Positions 30,896 through 41,245 of a stretch of 64,000 nt of DNA are shown piece by piece. Source of the stretch: Lachnospiraceae bacterium (GTDB lineage: Bacteria; Bacillota; Clostridia; Lachnospirales; Lachnospiraceae); the NCBI GenBank assembly GCA_045593785.1, contig JAZNXH010000185.1, positions 16,225 to 80,224 of the forward strand, given 5' to 3'. Numbering within the stretch: position 1 is the first letter of the stretch; each line of letters starts with the position of its first letter. A model generated the notes under the pieces. That model ran no database searches. It was not told the origin of the DNA and saw nothing but the letters and a program-made list of their open reading frames with translations. Position numbers and translations under genes: made by a program.

Positions 30896-32515
30896 ATGTT
30901 TCGAATTGAACAGATGAATTTGCCAATTATATATTCGGAAGCAGATATGGTAAAAGAAATTTGTAAAAGTCTGAAGATATCCGAACATGAGATTGTATCG
31001 TATCATATTATACGTCGTTCCTTGGATGCCAGAAAAAAGTCGGACATTCATTATTCTTTTGTTATTGATGTCCAAGTGAAAAATGTAAAAAAGATAGAAA
31101 AACAGTTGTCAAAGTTAAAAAAAGTATCGCTTTCTCAAGAAACGAAATATCAGTATCGGATTACCGGTATGAATCGGATGAAAGAACGTCCGGTTGTGGT
31201 AGGAGCAGGACCTGCAGGGCTGTTTTGTGCATATAATCTGGCAAAAGCAGGATATCGTCCGATTCTGATTGATCGTGGTGATACGATTGAACGTCGGACT
31301 ACACAAGTAGAGAAGTTTTGGAGAGAGAATACCCTTGACGTAGAATCAAATGTTCAGTTTGGTGAGGGAGGTGCGGGCACGTATTCCGATGGTAAGTTGA
31401 ATACGATGGTAAAAGATACTTATGGCAGAATCAAGGAGGTGTTAAGTACGTTCGTTGATTTTGGCGCACCACCCGAGATTTTGTACATCAATAAGCCTCA
31501 TATTGGAACAGATAAATTACGGTATGTTATTCAGAACATGCGCGAAGAGATAGAAAAATTGGGCGGAAGCTGTTTGTTCCGTACAAAGCTCACTAGTTTT
31601 GTTACTACTGAGGAGTTGGAAACAAATAAGAACTGCTTAACAGCAATTGAATTAAATGGTAATGAACAGATAAAGTGTGATACCCTTGTTTTGGCACTTG
31701 GCCACAGTGCACGCGATACATTTGAGATGTTGCATCAAAAAAATATTTTGATGGAACGAAAAGCATTTGCAATTGGTGTCCGCGTGGAGCATCCGCAACA
31801 GTTAATAAATATAAACCAGTATGGAGATATGCACGATCTGTTACCCGCTGCTGACTACAAACTTACACATACCACTGAGCAGGGAAGAGGCGTATATTCA
31901 TTTTGTATGTGTCCGGGCGGCTTTGTAGTGAATGCTTCGTCTGAATCCGGCAGGTTGGCTGTGAATGGCATGAGTAATTATGACCGTGCTGAAATAAACG
32001 CAAATAGTGCGATTGTTGTAACTGTGAAACCGGAGGATTTTGATTATTATGGACAGAATGTCGATAACCCACTTGCAGGCATGGTGTTTCAACGAAAGTT
32101 GGAAGAACTGGCATATAATGCCGGTGGCGGATTGATTCCGGCACAGCTGTATCAGGATTTTGAAATGCAAAAAAAGACTACTTCTCTTGGTGATATCATA
32201 CCGAATACAAAAGGCGCATATCAATTTGCTAATTTACATGAGTGCCTTCCGGACTTTATATGTTCCTCAATTATTGAGAGCATGCCTGTCTTTGCTCAAA
32301 AAATACCGGGATTTGATCGCTCTGATGTCATAATGGAAGGTGTAGAGTCAAGAACTTCATCACCGATTCGAATGATAAGGGATGAAAATCTTGAATCTAA
32401 TATCAGTGGGATATATCCTTGTGGCGAAGGGGCCGGTTATGCCGGCGGAATTGTATCTGCAGCAGTGGATGGCTTACGTGTGTTTGAAGCAATTATTAGT
32501 AAATATTGTCCTTAA
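30896..32515 (+). CDS. FAD-dependent oxidoreductase (COG2509-like, uncharacterised)
   Basis: An internal Rossmann motif VVGAGPAGLFCAY follows an N-terminal domain of about 100 aa. ATG at 30896 follows a GAAAGG RBS. Confidence 0.85.
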   Translation: MFRIEQMNLPIIYSEADMVKEICKSLKISEHEIVSYHIIRRSLDARKKSDIHYSFVIDVQVKNVKKIEKQLSKLKKVSLSQETKYQYRITGMNRMKERPVVVGAGPAGLFCAYNLAKAGYRPILIDRGDTIERRTTQVEKFWRENTLDVESNVQFGEGGAGTYSDGKLNTMVKDTYGRIKEVLSTFVDFGAPPEILYINKPHIGTDKLRYVIQNMREEIEKLGGSCLFRTKLTSFVTTEELETNKNCLTAIELNGNEQIKCDTLVLALGHSARDTFEMLHQKNILMERKAFAIGVRVEHPQQLININQYGDMHDLLPAADYKLTHTTEQGRGVYSFCMCPGGFVVNASSESGRLAVNGMSNYDRAEINANSAIVVTVKPEDFDYYGQNVDNPLAGMVFQRKLEELAYNAGGGLIPAQLYQDFEMQKKTTSLGDIIPNTKGAYQFANLHECLPDFICSSIIESMPVFAQKIPGFDRSDVIMEGVESRTSSPIRMIRDENLESNISGIYPCGEGAGYAGGIVSAAVDGLRVFEAIISKYCP

Positions 32516-32544
32516 AAGACAATTATATAAGAATGGAGAATGTT

Positions 32545-32751
32545 ATGGCAATTACAGATGAACAGATTAAAAGAATTAATGAATTGTACAATAAGGCGAA
32601 GAGCGAAGGGTTAACAGAAGAAGAGAAAGCAGAACAGCAGTTGTTACGCAATGAATACATCGCTTCTTTTCGAGCAAATCTCAGAGGAACATTGGATCGT
32701 ATTGAAATTGTGAATCCGGATGGTAGTAAAACAAAACTTGAGAAAAAATAG
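32545..32751 (+). CDS. DUF896 (UPF0291) small protein
   Basis: ITDEQIKRINELYNKAKSEGLTEEEKAEQQLLR is characteristic of this family. GGAGA RBS. Confidence 0.85.
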   Translation: MAITDEQIKRINELYNKAKSEGLTEEEKAEQQLLRNEYIASFRANLRGTLDRIEIVNPDGSKTKLEKK

Positions 32752-32752
32752 T

Positions 32753-33319
32753 ATGTGTATGACCAAAAAAGAATTACGTAATCAATACCGCAAAATCAGA
32801 AGTGAACTGAATCGTGAGACACTTATTTCAGAGAGCAGAAATGTGTGTCACCAGATATGCGCTATGGATGCATATCGGAATGCAGATGCTGTTTTTGTAT
32901 ATTTGTCATTTGGTGATGAGTTGATGACAGACGAAATAATACGTACTGCATTTTGTAATCATAAAATTGTTGCAGTTCCGAAGATTATTGATAATACAAT
33001 GTGTTTTGGAATGATACAGCCTGAGACTGTATACCGGGATAATCGTTATGGAATTGCTGAACCCGTGGAACTTCAGATTGTTGTTCCGGAGGCGTTTTCA
33101 CAGTCATTATTGATTCTTCCGGGATTATGTTATGACAAGAATAACGGACGGATTGGTTATGGCGGTGGTTACTATGATCGATATATTGCAGAACATAAAG
33201 AGTGTTTTGGACTAACAGTAATATCGGCAGCATTATCCTGTCAATATTATTCCGGCGTGATTCCGATGGAAACATATGATATCCGACCGGATTTTGTTGT
33301 ATATCCAAACCATATTTGA
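32753..33319 (+). CDS. 5-formyltetrahydrofolate cyclo-ligase
   Basis: GYGGGYYDR motif and typical length. The start could be ATG 32753 or ATG 32759. Confidence 0.88.
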   Translation: MCMTKKELRNQYRKIRSELNRETLISESRNVCHQICAMDAYRNADAVFVYLSFGDELMTDEIIRTAFCNHKIVAVPKIIDNTMCFGMIQPETVYRDNRYGIAEPVELQIVVPEAFSQSLLILPGLCYDKNNGRIGYGGGYYDRYIAEHKECFGLTVISAALSCQYYSGVIPMETYDIRPDFVVYPNHI

Positions 33320-33354
33320 TCTTTCAAGCAGATAAAACGAGGACTACAGTTAAT

Positions 33355-34809
33355 ATGAACTTAATGACTGAAAAACAGAAATTTTTAGAGTTGGTTAATA
33401 GCGCCCCCATCCATGAGCCGGACAGGCAACAATATTTTATGGGATTGTTGCGGACAATCATGGAAGCAAAGACGAACAAGTTAGGGCGCATGCTTACATA
33501 TCATATCGAAACTTTTGGCTGTCAGATGAACGCCAAAGATTCGGAAAAACTTGCAGGAATTCTTGAAAATATCGGATATGTTGAAACAGATACCGAAAAA
33601 GCGGATCTGGTTCTGTATAACACTTGTACTGTCCGTGAAAATGCAAATTCAAGAGTGTATGGAAGAATCGGATATCTTGGAAAACAGAAAAAATCGAATC
33701 CGGATATGAAAATAATATTGTGCGGATGCATGATGCAGGAAGCACATGTGATCGAAAAAATCAAAGCCAGTTATCGTTTTGTTAATGTAATTTTCGGAAC
33801 TCATAATATTTTCAAGCTTGCAGAGCTTTTATATCGAAACGAATTCGAAAAACAGGTGATTGATATTTGGGATGGTACCGATCAGATTGTTGAAGATCTT
33901 CCCAGTGCGAGAAAATTTTCATTTAAGGCCGGTGTGAATATTATGTATGGCTGCAACAATTTTTGCAGTTATTGTATTGTCCCATATGTTCGCGGGCGTG
34001 AACGAAGCAGAAAACCGGATGATATTATTAATGAAATCAAAAAAATCACAGCAGAAGGCGTAAGTGAAATTATGCTGCTGGGTCAAAATGTGAATTCCTA
34101 CGGTAAGACACTTGAAACACCAATTACATTTTCTGAACTGTTACGCAAAGTGTGTGAAATTGATTCTGTAAAACGTGTAAGGTTCATGACATCTCATCCG
34201 AAGGACCTTTCAGATGAATTGATTGAGGTGATGGGAAGTGAACCTAAAGTATGCAATCATATGCATCTTCCTTTGCAGTCCGGCAGTACCCGGCTGTTGA
34301 AGATAATGAATCGTCGTTATACAAAAGAAGATTATTTGAGACTGGTGGAAAAATTGCGAGCAAAAAATCCGGATATCGCAATTACTACTGATATTATTGT
34401 AGGGTTTCCGGGTGAAACAGAAGAAGATTTTAATGAAACATTAGATGTGGTAAGTAAAGTATCTTATCATAGTGCATTTACATTTATTTATTCCCCTCGT
34501 AGCGGAACACCTGCAGCAGCTATGCCTGACCAGGTTCCGGATGAGATTGTACAGGAACGGTTCCATCGACTTCTGAAGTGCGTAAATCAAGAATCAACCT
34601 TGAATACAAACAAAGCGGTTGGTCAAGTTCAACTTGCGCTGGTAGAAGAGGTGAATCAGCAGATACCCGGATATATAACGGGACGTCTGGAAAACAATTT
34701 ATTGGTACATTTTCCCGGATGTGAGAATGATCTCGGGCAATATATTCCGGTCAAACTTTTAGAAGCAAAAGGATTTTATTATCTCGGTGAAAAAACTAAT
34801 ATCTTGTAG
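33355..34809 (+). CDS. miaB: tRNA-2-methylthio-N6-dimethylallyladenosine synthase
   Basis: N-terminal cluster cysteines (FGCQMN, NTCTVRE), radical-SAM CNNFCSYC, and a TRAM C-terminus. Confidence 0.95.
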   Translation: MNLMTEKQKFLELVNSAPIHEPDRQQYFMGLLRTIMEAKTNKLGRMLTYHIETFGCQMNAKDSEKLAGILENIGYVETDTEKADLVLYNTCTVRENANSRVYGRIGYLGKQKKSNPDMKIILCGCMMQEAHVIEKIKASYRFVNVIFGTHNIFKLAELLYRNEFEKQVIDIWDGTDQIVEDLPSARKFSFKAGVNIMYGCNNFCSYCIVPYVRGRERSRKPDDIINEIKKITAEGVSEIMLLGQNVNSYGKTLETPITFSELLRKVCEIDSVKRVRFMTSHPKDLSDELIEVMGSEPKVCNHMHLPLQSGSTRLLKIMNRRYTKEDYLRLVEKLRAKNPDIAITTDIIVGFPGETEEDFNETLDVVSKVSYHSAFTFIYSPRSGTPAAAMPDQVPDEIVQERFHRLLKCVNQESTLNTNKAVGQVQLALVEEVNQQIPGYITGRLENNLLVHFPGCENDLGQYIPVKLLEAKGFYYLGEKTNIL

Positions 34810-34865
34810 TATTTTCATGGATTTCATTATTTTTTATACAAAATGTATAAATTCATTCATTTTAC

Positions 34866-34894
34866 TTGACAGGACATGTGAAAAAGTATAAACT
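34866..34894 (+). promoter_or_regulatory. Putative rny promoter
   Basis: TTGACA (34866-34871), 17-nt spacer, TAAACT (34889-34894). Confidence 0.45.
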
Positions 34895-34943
34895 TTATAT
34901 GTTGTATTATGTACAATGAAAATTGAATAAAGGAGGTGCTCCT

Positions 34944-36500
34944 GTGAATGAAGTTTTAAAGATCGTTATTGCATGTGCATTAACGGCGATCGTTGTTGCT
35001 TTCGTTGCTTGGAAACTTGCTATTGCGTACAGGCTTAAGGTTGTTGAAGCCAAGACATGCACGGCAGAAGAAAAAGCAAGAGAAATCATAGATGAGGCAT
35101 TAAAAACTGCTGAAACTAAGAAAAAAGAAGCTCTGCTGGAAGCGAAGGAAGAAGCGTTAAAGAACAAGAATGAACTTGAACGCGAAACCAAAGAGCGGAG
35201 AGCCGAGTTGCAGCGTTACGAGAAACGAGTTCTGCAGAAGGAAGAGACTCTTGACCGTAAGACAGAAGCTTTGGAGAAAAAAGAAGCAAAGCTGAATCAG
35301 GCGGAACAGGATCTTGAAAAAACCAGAGCAGAGATCGATACTTTTCATCAGAAGCAAGTACAGGAACTGGAAAGAATTTCAGGACTTACCTCCGAACAAG
35401 CCAAAGAATATCTTATTAAAACTGTTGAAGATGAAGTAAAACATGAAACAGCATTACTTATCAAAAATCTCGAACAAAAAGCCAGAGATGAAGCAGATAA
35501 AAAGGCAAAAGATCTTGTTGTATCTGCAATTCAAAAGTGTGCTGCCGATCACGTAACTGAGACGACTCTTTCTGTTGTTCAACTTCCGAACGATGAGATG
35601 AAGGGTCGTATTATTGGACGTGAAGGCCGTAATATCAGAACGCTTGAGACAATGACGGGCGTTGATCTTATTATTGATGACACACCGGAAGCTGTAATTT
35701 TATCTGCTTTTGATCCGATCAGAAGAGAGATTGCACGCATTGCTCTGGAAAAATTGATTGTTGACGGACGAATTCATCCGGCAAGAATTGAAGAGATGGT
35801 TGAGAAAGCCCAAAAAGAAGTGGAAACGATGATTCGTGAAGAAGGTGAAGCTGCAAGCTTAGAAACCGGTGTTCACGGTCTGCATCCGGAATTGATTAAG
35901 CTTCTTGGTAGAATGAAGTTCCGTACAAGTTACGGACAGAATGCATTAAAGCATTCCATTGAAGTTTCACTTTTGTCCGGAATTCTTGCGGGTGAGTTGG
36001 GCGTTGATGTAAGACTTGCAAAACGTGCCGGATTACTGCACGATATTGGTAAGTCTGTGGATCACGAGATTGAAGGTACACATGTACAGATTGGTGTCGA
36101 TATTTGTAAAAAGTACAAAGAGTCCAATATTGTAATCAATGCTGTTGAGTCGCATCACGGTGATGTGGAAGCTCAGAGTATGATTGCTTGCATTGTTCAG
36201 GCTGCTGATACAATTTCTGCAGCAAGACCGGGTGCAAGACGTGAGACACTTGAAACATATACCAAACGTCTCAAACAGTTAGAGGATATTTCTAATAGCT
36301 TTAAGGGAGTCGAGAAATCTTTCGCAATTCAGGCAGGTCGTGAAGTGAGAGTAATGGTTATACCGGAACAGATCACGGATGATGACATGGTTCTGCTTGC
36401 AAGAGATTTGTCTAAGAAGATTGAGTCAGAACTTGAATATCCTGGACAAATCAAAGTTAATGTAATCAGAGAATCAAGAGTTACCGATTACGCAAAATAA
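34944..36500 (+). CDS. rny: Ribonuclease Y
   Basis: N-terminal TM helix, coiled coil, KH domain ([12 protein letters not shown]) and HD domain (LLHDIGK). GTG at 34944 lies 7 nt after AGGAGG. Confidence 0.96.
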   Translation: MNEVLKIVIACALTAIVVAFVAWKLAIAYRLKVVEAKTCTAEEKAREIIDEALKTAETKKKEALLEAKEEALKNKNELERETKERRAELQRYEKRVLQKEETLDRKTEALEKKEAKLNQAEQDLEKTRAEIDTFHQKQVQELERISGLTSEQAKEYLIKTVEDEVKHETALLIKNLEQKARDEADKKAKDLVVSAIQKCAADHVTETTLSVVQLPNDEMKGRIIGREGRNIRTLETMTGVDLIIDDTPEAVILSAFDPIRREIARIALEKLIVDGRIHPARIEEMVEKAQKEVETMIREEGEAASLETGVHGLHPELIKLLGRMKFRTSYGQNALKHSIEVSLLSGILAGELGVDVRLAKRAGLLHDIGKSVDHEIEGTHVQIGVDICKKYKESNIVINAVESHHGDVEAQSMIACIVQAADTISAARPGARRETLETYTKRLKQLEDISNSFKGVEKSFAIQAGREVRVMVIPEQITDDDMVLLARDLSKKIESELEYPGQIKVNVIRESRVTDYAK

Positions 36501-36502
36501 TT

Positions 36503-36535
36503 AAAGAGCCGTAAATTTTACGGCTCTTTCTTTTC
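36503..36535 (+). terminator. Rho-independent terminator after rny
   Basis: aaagagccgta / tacggctcttt hairpin followed by cttttc. Confidence 0.8.
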
Positions 36536-36554
36536 GGAAAGGAATAAGTTTTCT

Positions 36555-37088
36555 ATGCATGAATATAAAAGAACTAATAGAACCTTAGTAAAGAAAGGCG
36601 CAATTATTGATTATTATCAAGACACCATCTTGTTACCGGATGGTTCTGAAAAAACATATGATTTTATCGATCATAAGGGAGCAGCGGCGGTTGTTCCGGT
36701 ACTTCCGGACGGAAGAATCATTATGGTACGTCAGGAGAGAAATGCGATTGATGACGAATCGCTCGAAATACCTGCTGGTGGAAAAAATCCCGGTGAAGCT
36801 TTTGATGTTGCAGCAATGAGAGAACTGGAAGAAGAAACAGGATATCGCTGTGATAGAGTGACACATTTATTTGACTTATTTACAACTGTCGCATTTTCAA
36901 ATGAGAAGATTGGTATTTACCTTGCGGATAACCTGATTCCGTCGCAACAGAACCTGGATGACGACGAATATCTTTCGGTAGAAGTATATTCATTGGATGA
37001 ATTACAGCATATGATAGCAGAAGGTTGTATCCGCGATGCAAAGACGATTGCAGCACTAATGTACTATAAAGCAATAAAGGAAAAATAG
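36555..37088 (+). CDS. Nudix hydrolase (ADP-ribose pyrophosphatase-like)
   Basis: Nudix box GGKNPGEAFDVAAMRELEEETGY. Confidence 0.9.
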   Translation: MHEYKRTNRTLVKKGAIIDYYQDTILLPDGSEKTYDFIDHKGAAAVVPVLPDGRIIMVRQERNAIDDESLEIPAGGKNPGEAFDVAAMRELEEETGYRCDRVTHLFDLFTTVAFSNEKIGIYLADNLIPSQQNLDDDEYLSVEVYSLDELQHMIAEGCIRDAKTIAALMYYKAIKEK

Positions 37089-37089
37089 T

Positions 37090-37689
37090 TTGAATTTATA
37101 TGCTGTAATTAAAAAAACAGATTATCGTTTTTGGTTTATTATTGCTATATTAACAGCAACGTTAAGCGGGATTCTGTTTGAGGGAATTTTATTTCGTTTA
37201 TCATCTATATCATGGGATGTATTATTGATTGAATACGAAAAACTTTTCACCCAAAACACATTAAACAAGATAGACTTGATACGCTATGTGATTATCAATG
37301 ATATGAAACGCATACTGATAGTATTGCTCTTACAGTTTACCGTTCTTGGATTTCCATATGCATTGTATCAATGTTTTGTTGTTCATTACCGGTATATTTT
37401 TCTGTTATTTGCGATGAGCAGGTGTCATTTTGGCAGTAAATATATATTTTGTATTTCAGCAGTTGTTCTGTGTTTCGTATTTTACGTTCCCGTGTTTTTA
37501 TGTGTTATGAAGCGTGCACTGAGGAGTTTTATATATTGTAATGATAATAATGTAAGGTTTTATCGCTGCACAAAATATCAGTTGCAAACGGAGGTTAAAA
37601 TAGGTATCATTATATTGATATATCGTGCAATTGGATGTGTCATAGAATCTGTTGTCTGCACTGATTTATTTGCACGTTTATTCCGCTAA
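37090..37689 (+). CDS. Cys-rich polytopic membrane protein (possibly SpoIIM-like)
   Basis: The only early in-frame start is TTG at 37090, 8 nt after AGGA. Four or five TM helices. The SpoIIM assignment rests on architecture only. Confidence 0.5.
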   Translation: MNLYAVIKKTDYRFWFIIAILTATLSGILFEGILFRLSSISWDVLLIEYEKLFTQNTLNKIDLIRYVIINDMKRILIVLLLQFTVLGFPYALYQCFVVHYRYIFLLFAMSRCHFGSKYIFCISAVVLCFVFYVPVFLCVMKRALRSFIYCNDNNVRFYRCTKYQLQTEVKIGIIILIYRAIGCVIESVVCTDLFARLFR

Positions 37690-37703
37690 TTTGGAGAAAA
37701 AAG

Positions 37704-39107
37704 ATGAAAAAACCGAAGAGTTTAATTGTTGTAATTATATTTTGTTGCTCAATATTTTGTGGTCAGTCCATACTATCTGCAAAGGCTGAAGATATGATAT
37801 CCTATCATAATCTCACAACAGATTCCGTAATGAATTACGATGATACAGCGGTAAAATACCATTACAATGGTGTGGATGTAAAAATGAATGATATTGGGCT
37901 TTTAGGCGAGAGTGGATCAGCATTGGCGCCACTATCAGATTTGTTTGTCAATACACTGGATGTTGATTGTGAGTTCCAATTATCTGATTCATCTGTCACC
38001 TTAAAAGACGGATCGGATTGTGTACGAATTGTTCCCGGAAGTAAGAGTGCTGTAGTAAATGGTAAGAGTCTTTCTATGAGTGAAGCACCGGTCTTACTAA
38101 AAAATGCAAAAAACGAGTTATTATATTATGTTCCTACAAGATTTATTGCATCAAATCTTGGATTTGATTATGAATGGAACAAGGTACTTTCTACTGTATT
38201 TATCTCAAAAACTTATACAATCCGGTACACATCAGATTCTACCAAAACTCCGATTTGTATACCGCTGTCAGAGGGTGTTAATTTGACTGATATCCGGGTA
38301 GAAGATATGTATTATGATAATCAGATAGCAGTATATATTCCCGGTAATCATATAAAAGAATATGAAAACAACTGTATCATAAATCATTATCCGGTTATTT
38401 CTGATATTGAATTATCATATAACGCCTCGGACGAGACAGCAATTCTATTTAAAACCTCAGATATTGTTGCATGTAAACCGGAGGTAAGTGATAACAAGTT
38501 ATATCTTTCGTTTTTGCCACCAAAAGAGGTTTACTCAAAGATTGTTGTTATTGATGCAGGACATGGTGGATATGATCCGGGAGCAATCCGTGATAAGACA
38601 AATGAAAGTGACCTGAATCTTTCGATTGCGTATGAGTATACGAAGGATTTATTTGCAGATTCAGATATCAAAGTATATTATACGAGAGTTTCGGATAAGT
38701 TTATTTCATTAGATAATCGTGCTGCTTTTTCATCAAAGGTTGGTGCAGACATATTTGTCAGTGTGCACCAAAATACATTTACAACGGATGCTAAAAAAGG
38801 TGTATCGGTCTATTATTCATCTGATAATAAAAATACCGGACCAAGCGGATTAACAGGTCGGATTATGGCAGGCATGTTTGCAGACAGCCTCAGTGAAAAG
38901 TTAGAGTTGAAGAATCTTGGCCGTCTGAATCAAAGGTTATCTGTAACAACGTATAACACGGTACCTGCCGTACTTATTGAACTTGCTTTCATGTCTAATC
39001 CGGATGACTTTCAAAGACTGAGAGATTCGGAATTTCGGAAAGAAGCCGGACAGGCTATATTTGATACAATTATTGAGATATTCGAAGCATATCCTACAGG
39101 AAGATAG
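37704..39107 (+). CDS. N-acetylmuramoyl-L-alanine amidase (Amidase_3) with a copper-amine-oxidase-like N-terminal domain
   Basis: Signal peptide, then VIDAGHGGYDPGA ... SVHQN ... ELAFMSN. Confidence 0.9.
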   Translation: MKKPKSLIVVIIFCCSIFCGQSILSAKAEDMISYHNLTTDSVMNYDDTAVKYHYNGVDVKMNDIGLLGESGSALAPLSDLFVNTLDVDCEFQLSDSSVTLKDGSDCVRIVPGSKSAVVNGKSLSMSEAPVLLKNAKNELLYYVPTRFIASNLGFDYEWNKVLSTVFISKTYTIRYTSDSTKTPICIPLSEGVNLTDIRVEDMYYDNQIAVYIPGNHIKEYENNCIINHYPVISDIELSYNASDETAILFKTSDIVACKPEVSDNKLYLSFLPPKEVYSKIVVIDAGHGGYDPGAIRDKTNESDLNLSIAYEYTKDLFADSDIKVYYTRVSDKFISLDNRAAFSSKVGADIFVSVHQNTFTTDAKKGVSVYYSSDNKNTGPSGLTGRIMAGMFADSLSEKLELKNLGRLNQRLSVTTYNTVPAVLIELAFMSNPDDFQRLRDSEFRKEAGQAIFDTIIEIFEAYPTGR

Positions 39108-39144
39108 CATAATTTGCATTAAGAACCGTTAATATGGTGTTGAT

Positions 39145-40332
39145 GTGAAGAAAAAACTGTTCTTTTTTGTTCTGTGTTTAATTTTAGTTGTATCTGTTAA
39201 GATTCCGGCAAAAGCTGTTAATCAGAATGAGAGCTACCAGTCTGAGGCATATGTTCTGATGGAAGCATCTACCGGAACAGTGATTGACTCAAAAAATCCG
39301 GATAAACAGTTACGACCTGCAAGTATTACAAAAATCATGACTCTGCTTTTGATTTTTGAAGCGTTAGACAATGGTAAAATACAATATGATACTGCGGTAA
39401 CTGTGAGTGAACATGCTGCATCTATGGGAGGTTCACAGGTGTTTCTGGAACCGAATGAGACACAGACAGTGAATGATATGATAAAGTGTATCAGTATTGC
39501 GAGTGCAAATGATGCCTCGGTTGCGATGGCTGAACACATTGCCGGTTCGGAAGAGCAGTTCGTTGCAATGATGAATGAAAAAGCTGCACAGCTTGGCATG
39601 AATCATACACAATTTGTCAATTGTTATGGTTTGGATACCGATGGACATTATACAACTGCATATGACGTAGCACTGATGTCCAGAGAACTGATAACGAAGC
39701 ATAATGATATTTTTCGTTATAGTACGGTCTGGATGGATTCCATTACACATGTTACAGGAAAAGGCAGTTCGGAATTTGGACTTACAAATACAAACAAGTT
39801 ATTAAAATCCTTCCAAGGTACGACTGGGCTTAAGACCGGATCCACCGGATTGGCAAAATATTGTTTGTCAGCAACCGCAAGAAGAAATGATATGGACATG
39901 ATTGCGGTAATTATGGCTGCACCTGATACAAAAACAAGATTTCGTGAGGCAGCAACGTTATTAAATTATGGATTTTCAAACAGTAGTATTTTTCGACATA
40001 ATGGCGAACAGCTTACGTTCCCTGAGTTGCCGTTAAATGGCGGAATTGAAACCAATGTACAAATTAAAATGGAAAAACCATTCGCTCATTTGTTTTTAAG
40101 GGGTGAAAATGGTGCAGAAGTAGAATATGAGATTGTAACCGAAGAAGTCTGTGAAGCTCCGATTCATTTTGGTCAAACACTTGGTTCTGTTGTATATAAA
40201 TATAATGGTGATGAAATTGGACGTGTAAATCTGGTTGCGGTAAAAGACTACAAAAAAGCCGGATTTCGTGATATAATGAAAAAAACAATTCAACATTTTT
40301 TCACGAGGGATGATCACCTGATTGGTGCCTGA
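39145..40332 (+). CDS. D-alanyl-D-alanine carboxypeptidase (PBP5 family)
   Basis: Signal peptide, SxxK (ASITKIM), SxN (SAND) and KTG (KTGST). GTG start. Confidence 0.92.
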   Translation: MKKKLFFFVLCLILVVSVKIPAKAVNQNESYQSEAYVLMEASTGTVIDSKNPDKQLRPASITKIMTLLLIFEALDNGKIQYDTAVTVSEHAASMGGSQVFLEPNETQTVNDMIKCISIASANDASVAMAEHIAGSEEQFVAMMNEKAAQLGMNHTQFVNCYGLDTDGHYTTAYDVALMSRELITKHNDIFRYSTVWMDSITHVTGKGSSEFGLTNTNKLLKSFQGTTGLKTGSTGLAKYCLSATARRNDMDMIAVIMAAPDTKTRFREAATLLNYGFSNSSIFRHNGEQLTFPELPLNGGIETNVQIKMEKPFAHLFLRGENGAEVEYEIVTEEVCEAPIHFGQTLGSVVYKYNGDEIGRVNLVAVKDYKKAGFRDIMKKTIQHFFTRDDHLIGA

Positions 40333-41237
40333 TGACTACAATGAAATTAATTCTTTTGTTACCTTTGCTTATTATTGCAATAATTATATATTCTTTGATT
40401 GAGAACCGTTACATTAAGACCTCAAACTATATTTTGAAACTTACAAGTGATGGTTCTGTTACAGATGTGTCTGGAGCAGCAGATCAGCGTACGGTTCCGG
40501 AGATTAGTATTGTACAGCTTTCAGATTTGCATGGTTGCAGATACGGAAAGAATAATGATGTTTTATTACAGAAGATACAGGCATGCAAACCGGATATTAT
40601 ATTATTGACCGGTGACATGAAAAACAAATACAAACCGGTTGTTGAAGATTATTTTAATTTCTTAAAACAATTGTCGGAACTTTGCCCCTGCATTTATTCC
40701 TTGGGTAATCATGAATTAAAAGACAGAGAAAAAAATCCCGAATCTTTTATTGCCTATATGAAACGTGTCCGGGATTGTGGTATAATTGTATCGGACAATG
40801 CGATTCATTCGTTGTGTTTAAAAGATATTTCATGTTTGTTTGCTTCGTATAGTTCATCATTGGATGCATATAGACGCAAACGATTTTGTAAAGAGATTGA
40901 AAATACAACAGAGAATGATATACCGTACAGTGAGTTATCTGAGTTTCCGGTTAAGATTCTTTTATCACACGATCCGGAATTGAGAAAGCAGTATTGTGAG
41001 TCGGATTATTCCATAATCTTTAGTGGACATTTGCATGGTGGTATTGTACGGATTCCGGGGTATCGTGGTATTATTTCAACAAGGTTTGTATTATTTCCGC
41101 AATATGATGGCGGATGCTATCAACTGGATGAGAAACATATGTTGATTGTTTCTCGCGGATTAGGTTCACATACGATAAAATTCCGGTTGTTTAACCGTCC
41201 GGAGATTGTTCACACATTGATTCATTATGAGGTATAG
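40332..41237 (+). CDS. Membrane-anchored metallophosphoesterase
   Basis: QLSDLHG, LTGDM and LGNHE motifs. The ATG shares one base with the upstream TGA. Confidence 0.85.
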   Translation: MTTMKLILLLPLLIIAIIIYSLIENRYIKTSNYILKLTSDGSVTDVSGAADQRTVPEISIVQLSDLHGCRYGKNNDVLLQKIQACKPDIILLTGDMKNKYKPVVEDYFNFLKQLSELCPCIYSLGNHELKDREKNPESFIAYMKRVRDCGIIVSDNAIHSLCLKDISCLFASYSSSLDAYRRKRFCKEIENTTENDIPYSELSEFPVKILLSHDPELRKQYCESDYSIIFSGHLHGGIVRIPGYRGIISTRFVLFPQYDGGCYQLDEKHMLIVSRGLGSHTIKFRLFNRPEIVHTLIHYEV

Positions 41238-41245
41238 GTGTATAC

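Noticed and set aside
32545-33319. Small ORF plus an abutting downstream ORF as a possible toxin-antitoxin pair
   Set aside because: The small protein matches DUF896/UPF0291, and the downstream gene carries the 5-formyl-THF cyclo-ligase GYGGGYYDR motif. Neither is TA-like.
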